Shown here: positions 1 through 7,989 of the stretch, piece by piece | How the letters are laid out: every line of letters begins with the position of its first letter | Position numbering within the stretch: position 1 is the stretch's first letter | NCBI GenBank assembly: GCA_964514975.1 | Contig: CAZESS010000006.1 | Coordinates: 1 to 64,000, forward strand | Direction: 5' to 3' | DNA from: an uncultured Thermoplasmatales archaeon | GTDB lineage: Archaea; Thermoplasmatota; E2; UBA202; DSCA01 | DNA: 64,000 nucleotides | The notes under the pieces: model-generated | The model's database searches: none | What the model was told of the DNA's origin: nothing | Seen by the model: the letters and a program-made list of their open reading frames with translations, nothing else | Position numbers and translations under genes: made by a program

Positions 1-2
1 TT

Positions 3-329
3 CCGCCACCGCCACCGCCTCCTCCACCGCCTCCGCCACCGCTCTTACCTTTGGGTGACGCGAGTTTAGGTTCTATTGGTGGTGGCGGATTTGGCAAAAT
101 GGATAAGGGGCCTAGTGGTGCGTGGGCGTTTGAAGGCTTTGGCGTTTCAGCTCCTCACCCTTTTGAATGGGAAGTTGTTGAAGGTGAATGGCGTCCTAAG
201 TCACGTAAGCACGGTAGAGTTTTTGAAAGTAGGAAGAATAAGAAAAGTGGTGTAGTTGGGCAAACTAGGTACAGCGGTAGCTCCGCTCCTTCAACTTCTA
301 AACAGTATGTTCCTACTACGGTGGCGTAA
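3..329 (+). CDS. C-terminal part of a proline-rich protein (5' truncated by window edge)
   Basis: Frame open from position 3 with 13 consecutive Pro codons, in frame with ORF 51..329. Confidence 0.7.
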   Translation, partial: PPPPPPPPPPPPPLLPLGDASLGSIGGGGFGKMDKGPSGAWAFEGFGVSAPHPFEWEVVEGEWRPKSRKHGRVFESRKNKKSGVVGQTRYSGSSAPSTSKQYVPTTVA

Positions 330-520
330 TGTCAGACGAGTTTTATTATTACGTTATGCAAACTTTTAAGGGGCAGGTGTTTGCGCACGGACCTTATCGT
401 ACGGAGAAAGCTGCTGTACACCGGAGAGATAACGTTCAAGGAGGAGAAGCCGTGGTTTTTAGGACCTTCAACTCCGACCCTGTGGCAGCTACACAGGAGT
501 TTAAGACGCAGGAGTTATAG
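329..520 (+). CDS. Hypothetical protein
   Basis: TAATG coupling to upstream stop. Confidence 0.65.
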   Translation: MSDEFYYYVMQTFKGQVFAHGPYRTEKAAVHRRDNVQGGEAVVFRTFNSDPVAATQEFKTQEL

Positions 521-522
521 AT

Positions 523-693
523 ATGATTGTATTTGATCCTGTTTATTATTTAGGTTGGTATATTCAACCTACGTTGGAAGGTTACTACGTATGTATGCGT
601 GAGGATAGTAGCAAGCCTTGTTTAGCAAGGTTCGATGATGTAGAAGAGGCTAAGGCCTACATTGAGGAAAAGACTAATTGGGGGAGAACTTAA
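523..693 (+). CDS. Small hypothetical protein, 56 aa (not in ORF track)
   Basis: MIVFDPVYYLGW...; AGGAG upstream; fills the gap exactly. Confidence 0.55.
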   Translation: MIVFDPVYYLGWYIQPTLEGYYVCMREDSSKPCLARFDDVEEAKAYIEEKTNWGRT

Positions 694-694
694 A

Positions 695-1030
695 ATGACT
701 GTTGAGAATGTATCTACAACAAACGCGCGTCAGGTATCTAAGCTGCCTATCGATCCTAGGTTCTTAGATAGGATGGATCATAGGTCTTGGGCTGAGCAAA
801 GTCCGGGGTTTTTGCAAGCTTATGGTGGGAGGGCTGGCTATCAGCGTTTAGCTAAGCTTCCTATGAAGGAGAGAATGGCTTATACAGCGATTACCGACGG
901 TAGCACTACCGAAGAAGAGATTGCCGTAGCTACGGGTTTAGACTCTAAAGACGTTAAGTCGGCTTTGACGTCGTTGGAGAAGTTGGGTTGGGTGGCTACA
1001 GAGGAGTCGGCTCTGGAACCTTCCAAGTAA
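695..1030 (+). CDS. Protein with C-terminal winged-helix-like domain
   Basis: TTEEEIAVATGLDSKDVKSALTSLEKLGWV; start moved to ATG 695 after GGGGAG. Confidence 0.7.
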   Translation: MTVENVSTTNARQVSKLPIDPRFLDRMDHRSWAEQSPGFLQAYGGRAGYQRLAKLPMKERMAYTAITDGSTTEEEIAVATGLDSKDVKSALTSLEKLGWVATEESALEPSK

Positions 1031-1031
1031 C

Positions 1032-1994
1032 ATGCGAACAAGGTTATTACTATCCATTTGTGTAGCCCTGGTAGGAGCACTTTGTGCTGTGACGGGAATA
1101 GTGTTTGCTATAGACAACCCGGACGAGGTAGCGGTAAAACAAGGGTACGTTTTTGAAAGCGTTTTAGAGAGCGGTGACCAGCTTTTTTACGTTAGGTATG
1201 ACTTGAATTACACTGCTGACCCCGATGAAAACGCTGATGATACGTGGCAAGTGGCGTTGTACAATGCTACTACTATGAACTTGGTAGCTTCTAAGCCCTT
1301 GAATTACTACCAAAACAACATAATTTCTATCTACTTAGAGCCAAGTGAGGCTTTGGTATCAGGGGAACCTCATAAAGTACGTATAATGGGCATGCCATCT
1401 GCATTTGATAGTCTTGTTGAGGATACAAATATGGATACCTACACTCTTTCAGCGGGCGCGTACTTGGATGGGGATCTTTTAGGGGACTATGTGGTGTCCG
1501 AGGCAAATATCTTAGAAGATGATACGGGTTTAACGCTGCTTACTGAGAACGATAAACTTAATGATACTGGGGCTACTTTGTTTTTGGATGGTATACCCGG
1601 CTTAAATAGTATGGAGCCTACGGTCTTTCAGACAACTGTGCGGGCACCTGATCACGAGTGGACAGATTACAACGAGACGTATGCGGAAAACCTTACTGAG
1701 TCCCAGCCATCCAGCTTGGCGAATGCTGTTAACGGTACGATGTCCATTTTTGGCGTAGAAAGTGAAACATGGGGCTCTGCTTGGTTGATGGGAATTTTGT
1801 TTGTTGTCATAGGTGCTCCAGTTTACGCTACTACTAGACAGCCCACTTGGGCTCTTATTATTCCTTTCCCTGTGATGCTGGTATTTGCTTGGATGGGTAT
1901 TGGTGGCGGAGAGTTCTTACGGGCGTTAATACTTATGGTTTTAGTGTTAGGCGTAGTGTTTGCGGTTACTTTCATTTTGAGGCACTTCGGATAA
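1032..1994 (+). CDS. Signal-peptide, acidic ectodomain, multi-TM membrane protein (putative virion/envelope protein)
   Basis: N-terminal signal, about 3 C-terminal TM helices, 6 N-X-S/T sequons. Confidence 0.7.
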   Translation: MRTRLLLSICVALVGALCAVTGIVFAIDNPDEVAVKQGYVFESVLESGDQLFYVRYDLNYTADPDENADDTWQVALYNATTMNLVASKPLNYYQNNIISIYLEPSEALVSGEPHKVRIMGMPSAFDSLVEDTNMDTYTLSAGAYLDGDLLGDYVVSEANILEDDTGLTLLTENDKLNDTGATLFLDGIPGLNSMEPTVFQTTVRAPDHEWTDYNETYAENLTESQPSSLANAVNGTMSIFGVESETWGSAWLMGILFVVIGAPVYATTRQPTWALIIPFPVMLVFAWMGIGGGEFLRALILMVLVLGVVFAVTFILRHFG

Positions 1995-4108
1995 TGAGAA
2001 GATTTCGTTTATCGGTTTTAGTAGCCTTAGCTGCGTTGCTTATTGCAACGCCTGTACTGGCTTACAGCTACACTATTGCCATTTCTTTAAGTAATGACTC
2101 TTCTACAGATTACACAGGTGTTCCTATCTTATTGGAAGTTAATAACACGCAGCTGGCTGAGTTGGGCTACATTGATGCGGATGGTATGAACACCGCCGTG
2201 TATGAAGGTAGTTCTGAAAGAGTTAGTATGGTTACTAACAACCGCTTAGGTTTGTTTGTACCTTCTATCTTAAACAACCAAGAGCTTGATTACGTTTACC
2301 GCTTAGGTACAGATACCGATCGTACTACTTTTCCTTTGATAGTAGGAGAAGGCGGTAATGTAACTGTCAGCGACGACGCAGATTTAGAACCTGGGGATAA
2401 CTTCTCCTTTAATTTTACGGGTTATTTGGGTTCTGAGGGCAATCTCATGAGCAAGGGAAACCTTCTTAGACTTAGCTACGGGGAGGGGTTACTGGAGTCG
2501 TCCATTCTTGGAGATCCTGATAGAACCACCAATATAACCCCTTTGGCGACCGGGAGTTGGGAGACTATTGATGTATCGTCGTATGTTCCTGAGGATGCGA
2601 GCGGGGCCTTGATTTTGGGTCGTCCTGACCATTATATAGACGATTGGGGTGTTAGGCCCGCTGGCTCTACCAATGACGTTTCGGGTTCGGGGAGTACGGC
2701 TCGTTCTGCTTTTGTGGGGTTAGATGCAAGCGGAACATTTGAAGCGTACCGTGAGTACGGTGATGACTACTTTTATTTGGTGGGCTATGTTACTGACGGA
2801 TGGAACTTTAGAACTAATTGGGTAGACGTTAGTTTGGGTTCTAGCGGGAGTTGGGAGGACGTGGATGTATCGTCCTACGTGTCTGGCAACGCTGTAGCGG
2901 CTTTGTTGGAGGTTCACAACAATGGCCCTAGCCGCGATTTCGGCCTCAGACCGAACGGCTCCGATTACAACCACGTTGCGGAACTTTTAGGGGGCCATCA
3001 AGTCTATCTTATTGTAGGTTTAGATAGCAACGGTGTTTACGAGATGTATATTGAGGACACTGGTATAGATCACTTTCTTGTAGGGTACATTGACGAGGAC
3101 TTCGAGCTGGTTGATACTCCCGTGGATAAAGCTCCTGGATCAGCAGACACTTGGACGGAGTTAGATTGTTCTGCAGAAGCGCCCGGCGCTACAGCTCTTT
3201 TCTTCGATTGTGGTTACGTTACGCAGGCTAGGGACTTTCGTCAGGTAGGGGATACTGCTAGTTATATAGATAATGGGTCGCGACATGATGGCGCGTTAGT
3301 GCCTGTGCCCGTCGAAGCTAGAATTTCTGATACTGGAGTAGGTATGAATCTTACTGCGTATGCTACCGATAACGTGTATTTCATGGAACCCCCGGTTACA
3401 GTTAGTGCGGCTGTTTCTTCGGGGGTTCACGATATAAACCTTACGGCGGACGGTACTGATTTTAGTCTATGGGTTGATGGTGTTGAAGAGGACTCTGTGG
3501 CTTTGGATGGGAGGTCCATACCCGGCTCTTCCTATGATTGGGAGCTGTTTTCCGACAACACGGCTCCTTACGTCAGTAGCTACAAACATTATGTGAGCGG
3601 AAGCTTGGTAGCTTGGTATGAGCCCAATACTATGATTAGCGGAACGGTGCTTACGGATAGGCAAGGTGGAGATGAGAACGGTAGTATAAGTTGGGGTAGT
3701 AACAACGGGGACTTAACAGCGACGTTGGGAGCGCTTGAGTCTGTGGAATCTTTTACTTCACCCGCTTCGGATATTACCGAGGCGCCGGATGTTTCTCCTT
3801 CACCAGCGATTGATTGGCACGGAAATACTGGTGCCGATATGTCTGAGAAGATCGGTTACGACTCCGTTAGCAAGATGGCGGAGAGTTTGGGGATGCCCGT
3901 GCAAAGAGCCTACGGGGTGTTCGCACTTTTTGTTGCAATTGCGTTAGGTTTCGCGGCCGCTATTGCCGTGGGTTCTATGTGGGGTTTTACCGTACTGTTT
4001 GGCTTAACGGTGGGTACAGCTAGTACCGCGGACTATTTACCGTTGTGGATGGCTATGACAGCTATTTTGTTCGCTTTCTTTTTAAGCATGGTTTGGACTA
4101 CGAGGTAG
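1994..4108 (+). CDS. Large membrane-anchored surface protein with LamG-like scaffold and 3 internal repeats (putative spike/adhesin)
   Basis: Start ATG 1994 (MRRFRL, TAATG coupling); signal peptide; repeats GSWETIDVSSYV / GSWEDVDVSSYV / DTWTELDCSAEA; C-terminal TMs; 11 sequons. Confidence 0.7.
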   Translation: MRRFRLSVLVALAALLIATPVLAYSYTIAISLSNDSSTDYTGVPILLEVNNTQLAELGYIDADGMNTAVYEGSSERVSMVTNNRLGLFVPSILNNQELDYVYRLGTDTDRTTFPLIVGEGGNVTVSDDADLEPGDNFSFNFTGYLGSEGNLMSKGNLLRLSYGEGLLESSILGDPDRTTNITPLATGSWETIDVSSYVPEDASGALILGRPDHYIDDWGVRPAGSTNDVSGSGSTARSAFVGLDASGTFEAYREYGDDYFYLVGYVTDGWNFRTNWVDVSLGSSGSWEDVDVSSYVSGNAVAALLEVHNNGPSRDFGLRPNGSDYNHVAELLGGHQVYLIVGLDSNGVYEMYIEDTGIDHFLVGYIDEDFELVDTPVDKAPGSADTWTELDCSAEAPGATALFFDCGYVTQARDFRQVGDTASYIDNGSRHDGALVPVPVEARISDTGVGMNLTAYATDNVYFMEPPVTVSAAVSSGVHDINLTADGTDFSLWVDGVEEDSVALDGRSIPGSSYDWELFSDNTAPYVSSYKHYVSGSLVAWYEPNTMISGTVLTDRQGGDENGSISWGSNNGDLTATLGALESVESFTSPASDITEAPDVSPSPAIDWHGNTGADMSEKIGYDSVSKMAESLGMPVQRAYGVFALFVAIALGFAAAIAVGSMWGFTVLFGLTVGTASTADYLPLWMAMTAILFAFFLSMVWTTR

Positions 4109-4114
4109 TATAAT

Positions 4115-4471
4115 ATGCGACCAGGTTGGATAGGTGCTGTAGTGTTCATATGGGCTTTGGCCCTGATTTTAGGGTCGATTCCTGTAGGTACTAACTTATT
4201 CGAGAACGAGACAGCAACTGAAAGTATAAACACTCAGCTCAGCTTTACAGAAGTTTGGGCTGAAGAAGATTGGGGTACGCTCGTCAATCCTTTACATTGG
4301 TCTAATTACTTTTCGGATTTGCGAGATATCATGTTCTTGGATCTGCCGCTATTTGGGGACGAGGATAGTCCATGGCAAATTCTTAGGTGGCTGATCCTAT
4401 TTCCTATCGTGGCTACGGTGATATTCTCGTTGATTATAGTATTTATTGGGATACTACAGAGGACAATATAA
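4115..4471 (+). CDS. Small 2-TM membrane protein (putative structural)
   Basis: Hydrophobic N- and C-terminal helices, NET sequon. Confidence 0.7.
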   Translation: MRPGWIGAVVFIWALALILGSIPVGTNLFENETATESINTQLSFTEVWAEEDWGTLVNPLHWSNYFSDLRDIMFLDLPLFGDEDSPWQILRWLILFPIVATVIFSLIIVFIGILQRTI

Positions 4472-4486
4472 TGATTGGAGGGGGTT

Positions 4487-5011
4487 ATGAATTCTTTAGC
4501 TGTAATGTTCTTTCTTTCCGTCTTGTTGCCCGTGGGGCTAATCGCTTGGAACAAGTCCCGCATCAGAGGCAAAATGTTATGTTATTTTGCGCGGAAGGAC
4601 AGGTCAGTGGTTGGGTCATTGTGTGAGCTTAGAGATGCTTTTGTTATTTGGGGGAGTAGAGCTTACGACGTTTATCCAGCCTATGTTCGTATTAGTAGGT
4701 TTCCTATGGGGTGGCCCTCAATGTTACAAGAGCTAGTGCCTACAGCTTTGTACGATGAGGAAGATGCTTTGCCAAAGGATTGGGTTACCTTAGACACGCC
4801 GAAGGAGGGCTCTTTGAGTTTAAGGGCTGCCTTGGATGAGGTGTGGTTGAAGAAGCTGGTAGCGGAGTCAGCTGCAGAAGGTGGTCTTCGCATAAATTGG
4901 AGAAAGATCTTCCCGCTTATTTTGTTGGGAATTGGTATACTAGGTTTGATTTCAATTTTAATTTTGAATGCGGGCGGTAGTGCAACGCCTACACCGCCTG
5001 AAGGAGGGTAA
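4487..5011 (+). CDS. 2-TM membrane protein upstream of the ATPase
   Basis: GGAGGGGG RBS before ATG 4487; terminal hydrophobic helices. Confidence 0.7.
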   Translation: MNSLAVMFFLSVLLPVGLIAWNKSRIRGKMLCYFARKDRSVVGSLCELRDAFVIWGSRAYDVYPAYVRISRFPMGWPSMLQELVPTALYDEEDALPKDWVTLDTPKEGSLSLRAALDEVWLKKLVAESAAEGGLRINWRKIFPLILLGIGILGLISILILNAGGSATPTPPEGG

Positions 5012-5012
5012 G

Positions 5013-5315
5013 ATGGCAGAAGGTATATTTGATAAACTGAGAGGCGGGGTACAATCCGAGGAAGAGGTTGCGCTTAAGTTTTTGTTTCCGGCTAGTAGCA
5101 AGGCAGAGATGCTACAAATGTTGTCGGATCATCAGCCAAGAGCTGTAACACCGTTTTCGGTTTTGGGCGTATTTCGTAGTAAGTACAAGTCGAAAGTCTT
5201 GGCTAGGTTTCAAACGGAGTACAACATCAACAAAATCGCACAAGAGCGCAAAGGTAGATTGGAAGGTAGCGAAGTTGTTGCTGGCGTGAGGCGCTCTGGG
5301 AAGGAGGAAGAGTAA
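5013..5315 (+). CDS. Hypothetical protein of the morphogenesis block
   Basis: AAGGAGG RBS before ATG 5013. Confidence 0.65.
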   Translation: MAEGIFDKLRGGVQSEEEVALKFLFPASSKAEMLQMLSDHQPRAVTPFSVLGVFRSKYKSKVLARFQTEYNINKIAQERKGRLEGSEVVAGVRRSGKEEE

Positions 5316-5317
5316 AT

Positions 5318-5914
5318 ATGCGTGACGAAGACTTTGGCTTGAAGCTGTGCGCTACTCCTGAATACGAGGGTGAGATGTGTTACTACGTGTCTTATTTGCC
5401 TGAATATGATCCTGCTGAGCCGGAAGGCTTGGATTGGGTCGCACATGCAGGAGGTTCGGACGATAAATCCTCAGGTCGTGGGGTTTTAAGGCTAGTGAGA
5501 TATCTAGCTCGAAAGGGTTACGACTTAGAAAATATTCGAGACCTGTCTAGCAAAGTATTCTTCGGTTTCGAGCCAGAGTTCGTACGCTACTCCGCAGGTC
5601 CTTCTCGCAGGTTCAGCGCGGCGGTTGGAGAGTATACCTACGGTTCGTTAAATGAAGGGTCGGAAGGTCCAGACGTACCAGGCTATGTTAAAGATTTACC
5701 TCCACATACCATCTCTGAGTTTACAGACGAGCCTCGATTCGGAGGAGAGGTAGGAAGAGGGTCACAAGTTTTTTCTGCCGGCAGGCGGCACCGCCTAAGA
5801 CCCAGCTTACAAAGGGCGGAAGGGAAATTATCCGAGCTAAAAAGCGGTTTAATTGACGAGGATGAGTTTAGCTTTGGGGATTGGGGGGATCTTCCTCCTT
5901 GGAGAGAAGGATGA
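5318..5914 (+). CDS. Hypothetical protein
   Basis: ORF with RBS in a tight operon. Confidence 0.6.
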   Translation: MRDEDFGLKLCATPEYEGEMCYYVSYLPEYDPAEPEGLDWVAHAGGSDDKSSGRGVLRLVRYLARKGYDLENIRDLSSKVFFGFEPEFVRYSAGPSRRFSAAVGEYTYGSLNEGSEGPDVPGYVKDLPPHTISEFTDEPRFGGEVGRGSQVFSAGRRHRLRPSLQRAEGKLSELKSGLIDEDEFSFGDWGDLPPWREG

Positions 5915-6126
5915 TGAGTGATTATAGGCCTACTTACGTGAGAGAGGGTGAGAAGCTTGCGAAGGAGATTTTGGAAGCGGGCTATGACTCTGAGTTTGAA
6001 CGTGAGACGGCTTGGATTTCACAAGTAGAGGACGACTTTTTAAGCGGCTTGTGGACGCTTTGGGAAAGAGACAAGTTGTTGAAGGACGGTTACAAAAAGT
6101 ATTTAGAGAGGTGGGATAGGCGGTAG
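5911..6126 (+). CDS. Hypothetical protein
   Basis: ATGA overlap with upstream stop. Confidence 0.55.
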   Translation: MMSDYRPTYVREGEKLAKEILEAGYDSEFERETAWISQVEDDFLSGLWTLWERDKLLKDGYKKYLERWDRR

Positions 6127-6132
6127 GGTCAT

Positions 6133-6324
6133 ATGGATTATTATAAGTATCGGGAGTGGCTTCTAAGTAGAATTGAGGGTATGGTCGGAACGTTACATGC
6201 GGAAGACCCTTATGGGCCAGGATTGTCGGTGTTAAGTATAGATGCCTTGGAAAAGCTTTATGCGGCATTGTGGGGAAGTTCCCCTTTTACTGACTATAAG
6301 AGACAAGAGTCGGGTTTAGACTAA
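6133..6324 (+). CDS. Hypothetical protein
   Basis: Operonic ORF. Confidence 0.55.
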   Translation: MDYYKYREWLLSRIEGMVGTLHAEDPYGPGLSVLSIDALEKLYAALWGSSPFTDYKRQESGLD

Positions 6325-6334
6325 GGAGTAAACT

Positions 6335-7018
6335 ATGATAGTATCATTAGAGGGGGTGCAGGGTACCGGTAAGACTACAATGGCCATTGCCCTTGCATTT
6401 GAGGAGAGTAAGAAAACTGGCAAGAAGGTAATCTCAAACCAGCATCTTAATTATGAATATACTCAGTTCAGCTTAGAGTGGTTCTTGAATCACTTGGCCG
6501 ACCACGAGTTGGAAGATTGTATATTATTGTTAGACGAGATGTACCAAATTGCGGATTCCAGGAGCTCTCAATCCAAGCTTAATAAATTGTTCACGTACTT
6601 CATTGTACAAACCCGTAAACGTGGTGTAGACTTATATCAATGTACGCACCACATAGACCATATCGATGTGAGGCTTCGTAGGGCAATAGACATTAGGGGT
6701 TCTTGCAGGTTTATTCACCGAGTTTGTAAAAAGTGTCGATGCCGTTATTGTAAAGGTACAGGCGAGGTTGACGGTCGTAGGTGCGAGAATTGTAATGGCG
6801 TAGGTGCAACAGGTTGGAACGGAGATGAACCTTGCGAGACTTGCAGAGGTTATGGAGAGCTGGGTTGGGTGCGTACAAGTTTCTTAGATCGAAAGCTTAG
6901 GAAGAGGTATTCCTTGGAGATCTTCGCTAACGAATATTGGCACCTTTTCAACTCTTGGGATAGGATACCCATGCCTGCTAAGTCTTTACAAGGAATCGAT
7001 ACAATGGAGTTGATGTAG
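6335..7018 (+). CDS. Zot/pI-like P-loop morphogenesis ATPase with inserted DnaJ-type zinc finger
   Basis: Walker A GVQGTGKT, Walker B LLLDE, QTRKRG and IDVRLR motifs of Zot-like ATPases; three CxxCxGxG repeats plus CKKC. Confidence 0.8.
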   Translation: MIVSLEGVQGTGKTTMAIALAFEESKKTGKKVISNQHLNYEYTQFSLEWFLNHLADHELEDCILLLDEMYQIADSRSSQSKLNKLFTYFIVQTRKRGVDLYQCTHHIDHIDVRLRRAIDIRGSCRFIHRVCKKCRCRYCKGTGEVDGRRCENCNGVGATGWNGDEPCETCRGYGELGWVRTSFLDRKLRKRYSLEIFANEYWHLFNSWDRIPMPAKSLQGIDTMELM

Positions 7019-7020
7019 CA

Positions 7021-7269
7021 ATGACGATGAAAGAGTGGGAAGAGGAAGAGCGTGGTTATGCGTGGGGTCCGCACGACGTTTACTTAGTACATCCAGGCGA
7101 GAGTGGGTGGGGAGAGTGGCACGAGCTGATTGTTGAAGGGGTTCCTTTCGATGTAGCTACAGAGGCTGCAAGAAACGCTGTGAGAGCTAATCCGGGCATG
7201 AGAGCGGAAGTGTGGGATGAGTTCAACATTGTGGTGTATTCTACTTCTAGGCGAATCCGATTACATTAG
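7021..7269 (+). CDS. Hypothetical protein
   Basis: Operonic ORF. Confidence 0.55.
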   Translation: MTMKEWEEEERGYAWGPHDVYLVHPGESGWGEWHELIVEGVPFDVATEAARNAVRANPGMRAEVWDEFNIVVYSTSRRIRLH

Positions 7270-7283
7270 AGGTTTCGTAAACG

Positions 7284-7550
7284 ATGTACGAGATTACTGA
7301 AGAAGGTATACGTCGTAGAGAGTTGCTGGATGATCGCGCCGAGCACCCCGAGTTGCTTGCAGGGGAAGAGGTTTGGTTCAAAGCCGCGAGGGAAGGTGCT
7401 GTACTTTCTGCTTTGGATGATAACGGTCAACCTATGTCAGTTAACGATATTTGGTTTTGGTGGGCACATCCTTACGGCAGCTGGTCTGAGGAAAACATTC
7501 GTGAAGAAGTTGGTAGTTTGTTGAAGAGAGGGTTAATTAGGAGGGCGTAA
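7284..7550 (+). CDS. Small winged-helix-like protein (permuted type)
   Basis: N-terminal YEITEEG; C-terminal LLKRGLIRR. Confidence 0.6.
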   Translation: MYEITEEGIRRRELLDDRAEHPELLAGEEVWFKAAREGAVLSALDDNGQPMSVNDIWFWWAHPYGSWSEENIREEVGSLLKRGLIRRA

Positions 7551-7747
7551 TGAGAGTTTACGCTTTGACGCAGCTGGGGAAGAAAGTGACCTCTACTAGA
7601 GAGGGTTCATCCGATGATGAGATAAGGATTTTGCAACACATTCGCGAGAACAAAACTGCTACCGACACAGAGTTGGATGTGGTAGGTGACAGGTGGTTGG
7701 TGAGGAGATTGAAGGAGCGAGGGCTTATAAAGGAGTTAACCACGTAA
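7550..7747 (+). CDS. Small winged-helix-like protein (permuted type)
   Basis: N-terminal YALTQLG; C-terminal RLKERGLIKE. Confidence 0.65.
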   Translation: MRVYALTQLGKKVTSTREGSSDDEIRILQHIRENKTATDTELDVVGDRWLVRRLKERGLIKELTT

Positions 7748-7980
7748 TGCCTTTAGTAAGAAAACACAGTAACGGTAACTATATTCTAACTTTTACTTTA
7801 GACGAAGAATGGCGTGCGGTAAATGAAGGTAGTTACGAATTTGAGTGTCCGCGTTGTGGAACGTTGCTAGACCACGACTATTACAGTTCTAACGTTACTA
7901 GATGTTGGAATTGCGCGGCGGGTATCAAGTTAGACACGCCAGGAGTTGACTACCGAGATTGGTACGCTAGTCATAACTAG
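7747..7980 (+). CDS. Zinc-ribbon protein
   Basis: CPRC...CWNC; TAATG coupling. Confidence 0.6.
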   Translation: MPLVRKHSNGNYILTFTLDEEWRAVNEGSYEFECPRCGTLLDHDYYSSNVTRCWNCAAGIKLDTPGVDYRDWYASHN

Positions 7981-7989
7981 GAGAGAATT

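Noticed and set aside
1847-1993. N-terminal 49-aa extension of the 753-aa ORF
   Set aside because: Overlaps the upstream gene; the signal peptide begins at the coupled ATG 1994.
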